Shown: positions 40,101 through 49,970 of the stretch, in pieces
How positions within the stretch are numbered: position 1 is the first letter of the stretch
Layout: the number at the start of each line of letters is the position of its first letter
IMG/VR virus record: IMGVR_UViG_3300027754_000112
Coordinates: 1-56,620 of that record
Source: a virus
Lineage: Duplodnaviria; Caudoviricetes
Strand: one strand, 5' to 3'
Length of the DNA: 56,620 nt
Made by a program: the position numbers and the translations under genes
Notes under the pieces: model-generated
What the model was told of the DNA's origin: nothing
The model's input: only the letters and a program-made list of their open reading frames with translations
Database searches by the model: none

Positions 40101-40367
40101 ACAAGTAAATACCTTGTATTTGAACAAAATGTTGCTTCAACTCGTAATCGTTTCTTGAGTATCGTAAATCCGTATTTAGAAGGAATTCAACAACGCAGTG
40201 GTTTGTATGCTTTCCAAGTAAAAATGGATGATACTAACAATACACCAGATATAATTGATCGTAACATCCTATATGGTCAAATCTTTATTCAACCAACCCG
40301 TACATCTGAATTCATAGTTCTCGATTTCAATGTGCTTCCTTCAGGAGCAGTTTTTCCTGGAGCCTAA
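37128..40367 (+). CDS. Tail sheath protein (gp18-like)
   Basis: Motifs 'VSPGVFTRE.DLS', 'YYPWV', 'VPPS', 'WFAPAGLNRG', 'VNPI..FPGQG..VWGQKTL' and 'VRRLL'. Confidence 0.95.
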   Translation: MPITQGGNFSPENTIVSPGVFTRENDLSGIAQGVADIGAVIVAPFSKGPGFTPKLLTNVADLENTFGTSDGTYYGPYTAKQYLNEKGFVTVCRVGGLTGYNQQYPLALYAEPGYYTRQGDVGSIVSASSYLYLSSSTALISGSSDYLTGSLSASVNTTGSSGSYIQSASLLITIPSASFTFTFASTAGSSNTSSSSINGSSGSLLFAGSTITTTLSSYSNLTFNTSWTSSSQTSVTTSSNARSIYDYGFSNNILTSSALLSQSILLKGGTAPFDTATLISGSIVKYKGSCADPIFRVEGIISGAFGKYTGQFTSYGSGSDDGCGNWTNNYRSGSAVLLAVFADTSNNSPNTSLVSPGFSGSSLNTASVLNSNSSSIISDYFLNLSGSTKGAYGTYEFSLDQANTKYIKNVFPISAATSLSTTNTYLYNIFEDSIKKIAANPSGYGIKVISLPGSEFSGSIPLNFTDTNSFAPQNGDSEFSLNNAITPFIVSQKIASVNGTDSRYELFQLMTLSDGTNTNTQYKIEISDVRLAGNNPGSDWGTFTLGVRDFNDTDKRPKYLEIYTNLSLDPNSSNFIARRIGDRYNYITYNGKIIEFGTYSNLSKCIRVTMSTNSYPVSVVPYGFQSYSAPVAGHIAKITPTLKYSNASLYGTSIGKYPSGVIFNDVPSTDSEIVSLYPTSSTGVPVYHDNLQYFAPIPSGATAGYNVAFALDNTITGSNTGSVLAASLSGSIPSTLTALETTYVKMRKFILGFQSGFDGQSPAININLGGDIVAGNTQGLNCTNINSAGSVGYKQAVAALGNADEFDINLIVTPGIFHQRHSYVTQLVTDMCEARGDCFYIMDNVVFPSNPQQSIGLIDAAVNDVSTIDSNYVATYYPWVKILDTNINKIVSVPPSVVLPAVFAANDNVAAEWFAPAGLNRGGISQAVQVLDRTTHQERDTLYQGRVNPIAAFPGQGICVWGQKTLQQKSSALDRVSVRRLLIGLKKYIASTSKYLVFEQNVASTRNRFLSIVNPYLEGIQQRSGLYAFQVKMDDTNNTPDIIDRNILYGQIFIQPTRTSEFIVLDFNVLPSGAVFPGA

Positions 40368-40384
40368 TTAAGACTGATTAAAAC

Positions 40385-40417
40385 AAACCCCACTTTTTAA
40401 AAGAAGTGGGGTTTTTT
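40385..40417 (+). terminator. Intrinsic terminator after the tail sheath gene
   Basis: An AAACCCCACTT / AAGTGGGGTTT stem followed by a T run. Confidence 0.85.
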
Positions 40418-40469
40418 GTAAATTTGTATTATACTTATATCATATACGAAATAGATACTAGTAAATGAT

Positions 40470-42272
40470 ATGAACAAGTGTAAAGTGTGTGATATTTATA
40501 CCAATAATGATAATTATTGTTCGATGAAATGTAGGGATTCATCAAGAAAAAGCAAATCTTGGATTGTCAAAAAATGTAAAGTTTGTGAAAGCGTATTTGA
40601 ATGTAGAGTATCCAGAATTAAAATATACTGTTCGTGTAAATGTGCAAGTAATGACAAATATATTACTATTAAAAAGAATGAAAAGGCAAAAGAAACAAAT
40701 ATAAAGAAATATGGGTGTCATCCATCGAAGACGGATTTGGTAAAAGAAAAAATTAAAAATAGTTTAATAGAGAAATATGGGGTAGACCATTATAGTAAAA
40801 CCGAGGATTATAAGACAAAAGTAAAGTCTACTAATTTAAAGAAATATAATGTAGAATATCCCCAACAAAACGAATTAATAAAAGAAAAAACAAAAATAAA
40901 AGTAAATGAAAAATATGGGGGGTTTACATTAAAATCGAAAAAACTTTCTGAAAAGGTTAAGTCAACAATTTTAGAAAAGTATGGTGTTGATAATGTTCAG
41001 AAAAATGAAAATATTAAAAATAAAAAAGAAAATACAAATTTGAAGAAATATGGGTTTAAAAGTCCATTAAAAAATGAAAGTATAAAATCTAAAATAAAAG
41101 ATACTTTGTTTAAAAAATATAATGTTACTAATATTTCACAAGATTTTAATACAAGATGTAAAATATCTGCAACGATTCATAAAAAGTTTTATGAATATTT
41201 GATAAATGAAAAACTAAAAAATATATGTAAGCCTCTTTTTTCCACGGAAGAATATACGGGTGTAGAATATTACAAAAAATATCAATTTGAATGCATCAAA
41301 TGCAACAATGTATTTTCTGATTATTTGTATGGGGGAAGAATCCCAAAATGTCAAATTTGTTATCCGTTTATACAAAGTAAACCACAAAAAGAAGTCTATG
41401 ATTTCGTTCGGGACATTTTACCAAAAAACATTGAAATAATAGAAAATACTAAGAAAATTTTACCAAGTGGAAAGGAATTAGATATATATATTCCATCAAA
41501 AAATATAGCGATAGAATTTGATGGATTATACTGGCACAGTGAAATTAACGGACAAAAAAATAAAAACTATCATTTGGATAAAACAGAAGAATGTGAAAAA
41601 CTTGGTATAAAATGTATTCATATTTTTGAAAATGAATGGACATTAAAAAATGACATTATAAAAAGAAAAATATCGTATATGTTAAAAACAAAATCAAACA
41701 AGGGGATTTATGCTAGAAATTGTATAATAAAGGAAATAGATGAAAATGAGAAACGGTTGTTTTTGGATAAATATCATATTCAAGGAAATGATAAGAGTAA
41801 AATAAAATTGGGAGCTTTTTATCAAAATGAATTGGTAGCCGTAATGACATTCAGTAAACAACGACTTGCTCTCGGTAACAAAACTTCAATTGACGGTGAA
41901 TATGAATTAATAAGATTTTGTGTTGGAAATGAGAATGTGATTGGAATAGGAGGTAAACTATTATCTTATTTCATCAGAAAATACGATCCAATAAAAATTG
42001 TGAGTTATGCGGATAGAAGATATAGCGATTCCAAGTCGTTTTATCAAAAAATAGGTTTTAATTTTGTTGGAGTAACAAATCCCAATTATTGGTATTTTTT
42101 GCCCGATAATTATTTAAATTTAACTCACCGATTCAATTTCAGAAAAAATATATTACACAAAAAACTTGAAAAATTTGACTCCAATTTAACTGAATGGCAA
42201 AATATGCAAATTAATGGATATGATAGAATCTGGGATTGTGGACATTTAAAATACGAATGGTTGCGTAGTTAA
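40470..42272 (+). CDS. Free-standing homing-endonuclease-like protein (Zn fingers, KYG repeats, PD-(D/E)XK, GNAT-like C-terminus)
   Basis: It has YCSxxC, repeated 'KYG', 'ELDIYIPSKNIAIEFDGLYWH' and 'YARNC..YHIQG..SYADRR..IWDCG'. Confidence 0.7.
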   Translation: MNKCKVCDIYTNNDNYCSMKCRDSSRKSKSWIVKKCKVCESVFECRVSRIKIYCSCKCASNDKYITIKKNEKAKETNIKKYGCHPSKTDLVKEKIKNSLIEKYGVDHYSKTEDYKTKVKSTNLKKYNVEYPQQNELIKEKTKIKVNEKYGGFTLKSKKLSEKVKSTILEKYGVDNVQKNENIKNKKENTNLKKYGFKSPLKNESIKSKIKDTLFKKYNVTNISQDFNTRCKISATIHKKFYEYLINEKLKNICKPLFSTEEYTGVEYYKKYQFECIKCNNVFSDYLYGGRIPKCQICYPFIQSKPQKEVYDFVRDILPKNIEIIENTKKILPSGKELDIYIPSKNIAIEFDGLYWHSEINGQKNKNYHLDKTEECEKLGIKCIHIFENEWTLKNDIIKRKISYMLKTKSNKGIYARNCIIKEIDENEKRLFLDKYHIQGNDKSKIKLGAFYQNELVAVMTFSKQRLALGNKTSIDGEYELIRFCVGNENVIGIGGKLLSYFIRKYDPIKIVSYADRRYSDSKSFYQKIGFNFVGVTNPNYWYFLPDNYLNLTHRFNFRKNILHKKLEKFDSNLTEWQNMQINGYDRIWDCGHLKYEWLRS

Positions 42273-42320
42273 AAAAATTAAGATTAAAATAAAATATTAT
42301 ATATATAGTTATCACATTAG

Positions 42321-42404
42321 ATACATCGCCAGATATGTATTTTAAGGGGCAAGGACTGTCCTATTGAAGCACCTATGGCGTTAGCCTAGCGACAGTGAGG
42401 TTCC
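42321..42404 (+). mobile_element. Miniature IS200/IS605-like (TnpB omega-RNA-like) non-coding element, family B copy 2
   Basis: An ATACAT/ATGTAT hairpin around GATATGTAT, then GGGGCAAGGACTGTCCTATTGAAGCACCTATGGCGTTAGCCTAG. Homologous to 6426-6505. Confidence 0.5.
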
Positions 42405-42444
42405 AATTATAAATATCAATAATATAAAGGGTGGATTATAAGTT

Positions 42445-43152
42445 ATGAGAAGTAATACCGGCAAAAATATAAAATTAAAAACAGGTAAATCTAATTTGGA
42501 TATAGTTAAAAGTTACATTGACGGAGAAAGAGCATTCGTACAAGTTGGTTATGATGAAAATTCGCAACTATCAAGTAGAAAAGAAGGAGAGGAATGGGAA
42601 GATAGTCAAGGTAAAACTTGGATAAAACAGAACGGAGTAAAGAAAAGAGTTTCTAAAAAATCTATAATTAATATTGAACAGAAATGTTCTATATGTGAAG
42701 CGGACATGAAATGGGGAAATTATTTGGATCAAAGAGTATATCCAAGATGTGGAAAATGTTATGATTGTAGTATTATATTTGACGACCGTTTAAAATTACT
42801 TGGAGTTTTCAACGAATATGCTCGATATACTGTATTTAAAAATCAACTTTCAAAGTTAAATGACATAAAGTCAAAATTGCAAGAAAGCATAGATTACTTG
42901 GAAAATTATGATTCGTCATTGAAATATTATAATAGTGATGGCACTCATGAAGTTTGGACAGATAATACGGACACTCGTGAAAAAGTTCTTACAGATTTAC
43001 GTAAAGATATGACAGAAGTAGATGATCGATTAAAAGAAACACACGAAGCATTGAGTCAAATTTCATATGATTCTTCGGTGGAAGAAAAGGCAAAACAAAT
43101 GACTTTGGAAAGTTTAAAAGCTAAAGAAAAAATGAAATTTGATACTCTATGA
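42445..43152 (+). CDS. Hypothetical Zn-binding protein upstream of terminase
   Basis: 'RKEGEEWED..GKTW', CxxC..CxxC motifs; ATGA overlap with terminase. Confidence 0.7.
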   Translation: MRSNTGKNIKLKTGKSNLDIVKSYIDGERAFVQVGYDENSQLSSRKEGEEWEDSQGKTWIKQNGVKKRVSKKSIINIEQKCSICEADMKWGNYLDQRVYPRCGKCYDCSIIFDDRLKLLGVFNEYARYTVFKNQLSKLNDIKSKLQESIDYLENYDSSLKYYNSDGTHEVWTDNTDTREKVLTDLRKDMTEVDDRLKETHEALSQISYDSSVEEKAKQMTLESLKAKEKMKFDTL

Positions 43153-44738
43153 GTCAAAAAACTCTAAAAGATGTAATAAAAGAAGAGTATAAAAAATGTT
43201 TGGTTGATCCGATGTATTTCATGAAAAAATATGTCAAAATTCAACATCAAACCCGTGGCATTATTCCGTTTGAATTGTATCCATTTCAAGAAGAAACACT
43301 TCAAAATTTCATAGATAACGATAGAAATATCGTGCTAAAGTCTCGTCAAATGGGTATTTCAACTCTCGTTTCTGCTTATGCATTGTGGACAATGATCTTC
43401 AATCCTGGCAAAAATGTTTTGATATTATCAACCGTTCAAAACACATCAAAAGAAATTGTTTCCAAAATTCGGTTAGCTAACAACAATCTACCAAGTTGGT
43501 TGAAGGTTCCGACTGTGGAAGATAACAGATTGTCTTTGAAGTTTAAAAATGAATCCAGAGTATTGGCAGCATCATCCGCAGCCGACAGTTCTCGTGGTTT
43601 TAGTTCATATCTATTGGTAATGGATGAATGCGGCTTTATAGAAAATGCTGAAGAGGTCTGGACATCTGCACAACAAACTATGGCAACCGGAGGTAGAGCT
43701 ATATTACTTTCGACTCCGAATGGAGTTGGAAATTTCTTTCATCAAATGTGGGTAGATGCAGAAGCAAAGAAAAATACTTTTAATACAATAAGATTAAAAT
43801 GGAATTTACATCCAGAAAGAGATCAATCTTGGAGAAACAGACAAACTGATGAATTGGGTCAAAAACGATCATCTCAAGAATGTGATACGGAATTTTTATC
43901 TTCAGGAAATACTGTAGTTGATCAGGGGATTATTGAATTTTATAGAAATTCCAAGGCTAAAGATCCGATAGAAATCCGTGGCATTGATCAAGGTTATTGG
44001 ATTTGGGAATATCCAGATTATAGTAGAAATTATATAGTATGTGCTGACGTTGCAAGGGGTGACGGTGCAGATTTTAGTGCATTTCATATATTGGACGTTG
44101 AAACACTCACACAGGTTGCTGAATACAGAGGTCAGATGGATACCAAAAATTATGGGAATTTCTTGGTGGAAGTTGCAACTGCGTATAATAATGCTTTGCT
44201 GATTGTAGAAAATAATAATTATGGATGGGCGGTATTACAACAGATCATTGATAGACAGTATCAAAACACATTCTATAGCAGCGAAGATTTACAATACGTG
44301 GACGTTGAACGTCAACTCAGTAACAAATATAATCGTGACGAAAAAAAGATGATTCCTGGCTTCACAACCAGTTCCAAGACTCGCCCATTATTGATTTCCA
44401 AACTTGATACATATTTCAGAGAACAGTCTGTAAATGTATATTCTAAGAGGTTATTGGACGAACTTTCCGTGTTCATATGGAATTCCAATAAAGCCGAAGC
44501 AATGAGAGGTTATAATGATGACTTGGTGTTGTCATTAGCAATAGGATTGTGGGTCAGAGACACTGCATTACGATTACGTCAACAAGGTATGGATATGAAC
44601 CGCAGTCTTATTAATGGAATTTCAAGAGTTTCAAATGATAATATTTATACATCAAAAACACAACCAAATGAAACTGGTTGGTCTATGAAATTGGGACAGA
44701 ATAACGATAAACAAGAAAATCTCACATGGTTACTGTAA
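43149..44738 (+). CDS. Terminase large subunit (gp17-like)
   Basis: 'LYPFQ', Walker A 'KSRQMGIST', Walker B 'LVMDE', 'STPNG', nuclease 'ADVARG.G.DFS' and 'NDDLV'. Confidence 0.95.
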   Translation: MSQKTLKDVIKEEYKKCLVDPMYFMKKYVKIQHQTRGIIPFELYPFQEETLQNFIDNDRNIVLKSRQMGISTLVSAYALWTMIFNPGKNVLILSTVQNTSKEIVSKIRLANNNLPSWLKVPTVEDNRLSLKFKNESRVLAASSAADSSRGFSSYLLVMDECGFIENAEEVWTSAQQTMATGGRAILLSTPNGVGNFFHQMWVDAEAKKNTFNTIRLKWNLHPERDQSWRNRQTDELGQKRSSQECDTEFLSSGNTVVDQGIIEFYRNSKAKDPIEIRGIDQGYWIWEYPDYSRNYIVCADVARGDGADFSAFHILDVETLTQVAEYRGQMDTKNYGNFLVEVATAYNNALLIVENNNYGWAVLQQIIDRQYQNTFYSSEDLQYVDVERQLSNKYNRDEKKMIPGFTTSSKTRPLLISKLDTYFREQSVNVYSKRLLDELSVFIWNSNKAEAMRGYNDDLVLSLAIGLWVRDTALRLRQQGMDMNRSLINGISRVSNDNIYTSKTQPNETGWSMKLGQNNDKQENLTWLL

Positions 44739-44766
44739 TCGTTTGATATATATACTATAACAAATT

Positions 44767-47700
44767 ATGCCATCAGAAGAATTCCAAATATTAAAACAAC
44801 AATCTTTATATTCGCGTTTAAAGAGACTGTTTTCTACCGATGTAATCGTTCGTAATGTCGGCGGAAAGAAACTAAAAATCGTTGATACTGATCAAGTAAT
44901 GTATGCGACGGATCGCAATACATTACGTGACAGATTTAATCGCATTCGTACCAGTTCATTTAATCAGTATAGCAGAGACTTTACACTGAGTTATCAAGCA
45001 GCTCGTGTTGAATTATTCCGTGACTATGACTGCGTTGGACCAGATACAATTATTCCCCTTCCAGATGGATCACGTCCCACCATAGCCGAATTAACAGAAA
45101 AGTATAAGGATAAACCCCAAGAAAGGTTTCATGTATTTTCATACGATCACGAAACTGATAGTATCAAATTAGGAAAAGCATATCATCCTCGCAAAAAAGG
45201 ACATCGGATGGAAGGATATAAAGTGACATTTGATGATGGTAAATTTGTTATTGGAAGCGAAAACCACCCATTTCTTATGCGGAACGGTGAATATAAAGTA
45301 ATAAAAGATCTCCAAATTGGGGAGTCGGTAATGCCGTTTTATCAACATACCAATAAACTTGGGTATCGGAGTATTTATAATTATTCTCATAGATGGGTGT
45401 CTGAACACAAACTTATTGCCACACAATTTTATGGAGCAATAAACGAAAATGAATGTGTTCACCATAAAAATTTCAAACATGATGATAACAGCCCATCCAA
45501 TTTAGAAATCATGTTAAAAGACGATCATAAAGCATTTCATGCCAACCATAATAAAAATGTGTTGTGGGGGGATGAAAATTATGAAAATCAGCTTAACAAA
45601 ATGAAATCACATCCGAATTACGTCAATCGGGAATTTCATCATTGGGACGGAGAGAGATCAGGTAAAAATAACCCATTTTTTGGCAAAACTCATTCAGATG
45701 AATCCAATGAGAAACGATCTAAAACATTAAAAGAAGTGTTTGTTGATAGAGATCAAACCGGAGAAAAAAATCCAAAATATAGAGGGGATCTTACGGTAGA
45801 AATATTGAAAATTAAAGCTACAGAGCATTATAAAAATAATGGAAAATTAACGGCATGGGGGTTGGTGAAAGACATCGGATGTGATTATTCTGTTCTTCAA
45901 AACAGGTTAAAAGATTCTAATACTGATTGGTCCACATTCAAAAATGACGTAGTATCAACACTAAATCATAAAATCGTATCTATTGAAATGATAGGTGAAA
46001 CGGATGTCTATGATATTACAGTAGAAAAATATCATAACTTCGCGACGGATAGTATAATCTCTCATAACACAATGGACATGGATCCAATCCTAGCATCTGC
46101 ACTTGATATTTATGCGGATGAATGTGTTACAAAGAATGAATTGGGTAAGATTTTAACAGTAACTACCGATGACAATAATATCAAACAGATTTTGGAAAAT
46201 TTATTTTATGATATTTTAAACATTGAATTTTTCTTGTGGAGTTGGACTCGTAATTTGGTTAAATATGGAGATTTTTATTTAAAATTATATATTAGTCCTG
46301 AATATGGAGTTTATCTGGCTGAGCCAATTAGTTCATATAGTGTTACCCGAGTAGAAAACAGTGACATCAATAATAAGAATTATACTAAGTTCCAAATTAA
46401 TTTACCTGAAGGTGGAAAAATTGAAGATGTTGAAAACTATCAGATGGCACATTTTCGTTTATTGAGTGATAGCAATTTCTTGCCGTATGGTAAAAGTATG
46501 ATCGAAGGTGCTCGTCGTGTATGGAAGCAATTGAGTTTGATGGAAGACGCGATGTTAATTCATCGTGTTATTCGTGCGCCTGAAAAGCGAATTTTCAAGA
46601 TTGACGTTGGAAATATTCCACCACAGGAAGTCGATCAGTATATCGAAAAAATCATCAATAAAACCAAGAAAATTCCATATATTGATCCAAACACTGGTGA
46701 TTATAATTTGCGTTATAACATTCAAAATTTATTGGAAGATTTTTATTTACCGGTGCGTGGAAGTGATAGTGGAACTAGCATTGAACCGTTGAGTGGAATG
46801 GAATTTACAGGTATTGACGATATTGAATATCTGCGAAACAAGATGTTAGCTGCATTAAAGATACCCAAGGCATTTTTAGGATATGAAGAAGATTTGTGTC
46901 TGGTTCCTGAGACAGTGATACCCACTTTGAGTGGTAAAAACAAGACCATCAAGCAGTTGATTGAAGATTATAATAATGGTGTAAAAAATTATGTGTATTC
47001 AATTGATGAAATCACGAAAAACATTGTGATGGGAGAAGTTGAATGGGCAGGTTACACAAGAAAAAATGCAAAATTGGTGCGTGTATCTCTTGATAACGGA
47101 GAATATATTGATTGTACTCCTGATCATAATTTCTTGACCAGAGATGGTTTGTGGATTGAGGCGCAAAACCTTAAACCGAATCAATCATTGATGCCTTTAT
47201 ATAGAAAGAATGAAGTATTTTATGGAAAATCTGACTATGAAAAGGTTTACAATCCAGGTTTAAATTCTTGGGAATGGACGCATAAATTGGTTGATAATCA
47301 GGTGAATGGTGGAAATGTATCTCAACCGAGTCCATTTAACTTTGATGAGATGATTGTGAGGCATCACAAAGATTTTAATAGATTTAACAATGATCCAACC
47401 AATATAGAGAGAGTCACAAATAAAAATCATAAGCAATATAAATCAATTGATAATATCGGTATAACTTTTGGTTTGTCTAAGAATCAAATCAAATCGTTTT
47501 CAAAAAAGCAAACACCAATTTTAAACCATAAAGTGATTAAAGTTGAATTTTTAGTTGAAACCAAGGATACGTGTGATTTAAGAATAACAAAGTATCATAA
47601 TTTTGCTACTGCGGCGGGAGTAATTGTTCATAACAGTGGAAAAGCTACACTTGCGAGTGAAGATGTTCGATTTGCGAAGACAGTGAATCGTATTCAAAAG

Positions 47701-48456
47701 ATTCTTGTAAGTGAACTGAAGAAGATTGCAATTGTACATTTATATGCACAGGGATATACGGATGAATCGTTGGTGAATTTTGATTTGGAATTAACAAATC
47801 CGTCTGTAATTCTTGAAGCGGAAAAGGTAAAAATCTGGTCTGATAAAGTGACGTTGGCAAAAGATATGGTTGAAAATAAGTTATTTAGCCGTAAATGGAT
47901 ATATAATAATGTATTTAAGTTGGCAAATGAAGATGTTGATCAACAAAAGAATGACATTATTGAAGATGCGAAAGACAATTATAGATTCAAGCAAATTGAA
48001 GAAGATGGTACAGATCCAGCAAAACCATTCAATAAAATTAAATCAGATGGAGAATCCGAAGAGCCTTCCTCTGAAGCCGATGGTGGATCTCCGGATGCAG
48101 CGGTTACTGGTGGAAACCCGCTTCCTGACGAAGTTCCAAAAGAAACACCTGCGCCGGCGGCTCCAACTGAACCTTCTTTAACGGAGAAGTCTAAGAGACC
48201 GTCTCAAGCAGGTGAACACAAGGATAGAAAAGACATTCGATTTGGGTATGATCCGATGGGGAACCGAGAAAATACAAGAATTTCAAAAACTGATCCATTA
48301 AGATCTGCGTCAAAATCAAAATCGCCATTAAGTTTAGAAAATTTAACTGGCCTTCGTGCGTATTTACAATCTCAAGTAGAAACTAAGAAAGATTTGTTAA
48401 AAGAAGAATCATCAAAATCATTGTTAGATGAGTCTAATATAATAACAGACGAATAA
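44767..48456 (+). CDS. Portal protein (gp20-like) with two inteins
   Basis: 'ASALDIYADE', 'PYGKSMIE.ARR.WKQL.LMEDAMLI.R..RAPEKR.F.ID.GN' and 'LKIPKAFL'. Confidence 0.95.
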   Translation: MPSEEFQILKQQSLYSRLKRLFSTDVIVRNVGGKKLKIVDTDQVMYATDRNTLRDRFNRIRTSSFNQYSRDFTLSYQAARVELFRDYDCVGPDTIIPLPDGSRPTIAELTEKYKDKPQERFHVFSYDHETDSIKLGKAYHPRKKGHRMEGYKVTFDDGKFVIGSENHPFLMRNGEYKVIKDLQIGESVMPFYQHTNKLGYRSIYNYSHRWVSEHKLIATQFYGAINENECVHHKNFKHDDNSPSNLEIMLKDDHKAFHANHNKNVLWGDENYENQLNKMKSHPNYVNREFHHWDGERSGKNNPFFGKTHSDESNEKRSKTLKEVFVDRDQTGEKNPKYRGDLTVEILKIKATEHYKNNGKLTAWGLVKDIGCDYSVLQNRLKDSNTDWSTFKNDVVSTLNHKIVSIEMIGETDVYDITVEKYHNFATDSIISHNTMDMDPILASALDIYADECVTKNELGKILTVTTDDNNIKQILENLFYDILNIEFFLWSWTRNLVKYGDFYLKLYISPEYGVYLAEPISSYSVTRVENSDINNKNYTKFQINLPEGGKIEDVENYQMAHFRLLSDSNFLPYGKSMIEGARRVWKQLSLMEDAMLIHRVIRAPEKRIFKIDVGNIPPQEVDQYIEKIINKTKKIPYIDPNTGDYNLRYNIQNLLEDFYLPVRGSDSGTSIEPLSGMEFTGIDDIEYLRNKMLAALKIPKAFLGYEEDLCLVPETVIPTLSGKNKTIKQLIEDYNNGVKNYVYSIDEITKNIVMGEVEWAGYTRKNAKLVRVSLDNGEYIDCTPDHNFLTRDGLWIEAQNLKPNQSLMPLYRKNEVFYGKSDYEKVYNPGLNSWEWTHKLVDNQVNGGNVSQPSPFNFDEMIVRHHKDFNRFNNDPTNIERVTNKNHKQYKSIDNIGITFGLSKNQIKSFSKKQTPILNHKVIKVEFLVETKDTCDLRITKYHNFATAAGVIVHNSGKATLASEDVRFAKTVNRIQKILVSELKKIAIVHLYAQGYTDESLVNFDLELTNPSVILEAEKVKIWSDKVTLAKDMVENKLFSRKWIYNNVFKLANEDVDQQKNDIIEDAKDNYRFKQIEEDGTDPAKPFNKIKSDGESEEPSSEADGGSPDAAVTGGNPLPDEVPKETPAPAAPTEPSLTEKSKRPSQAGEHKDRKDIRFGYDPMGNRENTRISKTDPLRSASKSKSPLSLENLTGLRAYLQSQVETKKDLLKEESSKSLLDESNIITDE
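45031..46068 (+). mobile_element. Intein 1 in portal (346 aa) with HNH endonuclease and NUMOD3-like motifs
   Basis: It starts CVGPDT and ends 'VYDITVEKYHNF..SHN' before T(+1). It contains VHHKN..DN..SNL and GKNNPFFGKTHS. Removal restores RDYD|TMDMD. Confidence 0.9.
46897..47634 (+). mobile_element. Intein 2 in portal (246 aa) with a short HNH-like segment
   Basis: It starts CLVPET, has block B 'CTPDHNF', and ends 'YHNF..IVHN' before S(+1). It contains HHKDFNRFNNDPTNI. Removal restores EEDL|SGKATL. Confidence 0.9.
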
Positions 48457-48524
48457 ATATTACAATTAAATGGATTTTATCGGGATTTTATTATATTTAT
48501 AAACTAGGACAATAATATTATTAT

Positions 48525-49391
48525 ATGCAAAAAGCGAAACATTCCAAGTTTAAAAACACGGGAATATTATTTGAATTACTTGCTCATCAAGTAACTGCGG
48601 ACATTTTGTCGGGAAAAGATGAATCTGCCGCAAAGAACTTGTTGTTCAAATATTTCACAGAGAACAAAGAATTGGGTAAAGAATGGCAACTGTATAATTT
48701 TCTTTTGAACGAAAAAACAAAAGATGATTTTCAAGCAGAAAAGTATATTAATGTCATTTTAAAACAAAGAGAAAAATTAGATTGTAAAAAACTTACCGAA
48801 CAAAAATATAATCTAATCAAAGAAATCAAAGATAGTTACCCAATAGAAGATTTATTGAAATCTAGCATTAAAAATTATAAAATACATGCTTCTATTTATA
48901 AGCTTTTTGAGAACCACGTCAATACTTTTGTAAAATTTGATATAAAAGAACTTATTCAATCACGTAATACTCTCACGGAAAATCTTTGTGGAAAGAAAAT
49001 TCCATCTAAGGAATCCGAAGATGAAATGATTAATTTCTACAAACAACAAAATGAAGATATTAGATTATTAAGTTATAAATTGTTAGTCGATTCATTAAAT
49101 GAAAAATACAAAGATTTGGATTCCAATCAAAAGCGTTTGTTGAAAGAATATATCAATAATATAAGCAATACAAATTCTCTAAATGAATTTATTGAAGTTG
49201 AAATTGTCAACATCAAGAAGACCATCGGCGAATTGTTGCCAAAAATTTCAAATGAAGTTGTTAAAATTAAGATAAATGAAGTTATAAAACAATTGGATGG
49301 TATAAATTGTAAGAAATCAGTTAAAGATAATCAAATTACTATATTGTTGCTTTCACACGAACTCATAAAAGAAATCAAGAACCAAATTTAA
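48525..49391 (+). CDS. Head-region hypothetical protein
   Basis: 288 aa with 'KHSKFKNTGILFELL', preceded by TATTTATA at 48494. Confidence 0.75.
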   Translation: MQKAKHSKFKNTGILFELLAHQVTADILSGKDESAAKNLLFKYFTENKELGKEWQLYNFLLNEKTKDDFQAEKYINVILKQREKLDCKKLTEQKYNLIKEIKDSYPIEDLLKSSIKNYKIHASIYKLFENHVNTFVKFDIKELIQSRNTLTENLCGKKIPSKESEDEMINFYKQQNEDIRLLSYKLLVDSLNEKYKDLDSNQKRLLKEYINNISNTNSLNEFIEVEIVNIKKTIGELLPKISNEVVKIKINEVIKQLDGINCKKSVKDNQITILLLSHELIKEIKNQI

Positions 49392-49411
49392 TACTGTTTA
49401 AAACAAAATAT

Positions 49412-49969
49412 ATGAAGATCAAAAATGCCGATGAGAAAAAAGCCGATGAGAAAAAATTGATTATCAGTTCATTAAAAGAACTTATCAAAAAGATGATTCG
49501 TAAAGAAATGGACGAGGCTTCTGGAACTGGTGCTGTTGCTGGGTTTCAAACACCATATGCATTTTCTAAAAAACAATCAGGCAATAATCATAAAGATATG
49601 GGAAATGTCAAAGCTGCAACTGCTTCTACTGGGTATACCAGAGTGGATGAAAAGGTTGAAAAGAAAGAAAAGGTTGTTGCTCCAAAACCCGATGCAAAAC
49701 CTGCTGCAAAACCTGCTGCAAAACCCGATGCAAAACCTGCTGCAAAACCCGATGCAAAACCTGTTAAGAAGATAGTTCCTGTTGGAAAAGAAACCACTCC
49801 GGATGTAGTAAAAGATAAAAAACATCGTGGAGTAAACAAAAATGATTTATATATTTTGACTAAAAGACATGCTATTGCCGTGTCTCAAGGCGATGAAAAA
49901 TTAGCAGATCATTATCAAGTACTTATAGATTTGGCCAAGAAAACGTTGAAAAAATCAATCAACCGTTAA
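49412..49969 (+). CDS. Basic hypothetical protein with KPAA/KPDA repeats (possible internal head protein)
   Basis: 185 aa; 12-bp repeat x6 at 49685-49762. Confidence 0.65.
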   Translation: MKIKNADEKKADEKKLIISSLKELIKKMIRKEMDEASGTGAVAGFQTPYAFSKKQSGNNHKDMGNVKAATASTGYTRVDEKVEKKEKVVAPKPDAKPAAKPAAKPDAKPAAKPDAKPVKKIVPVGKETTPDVVKDKKHRGVNKNDLYILTKRHAIAVSQGDEKLADHYQVLIDLAKKTLKKSINR

Positions 49970-49970
49970 T

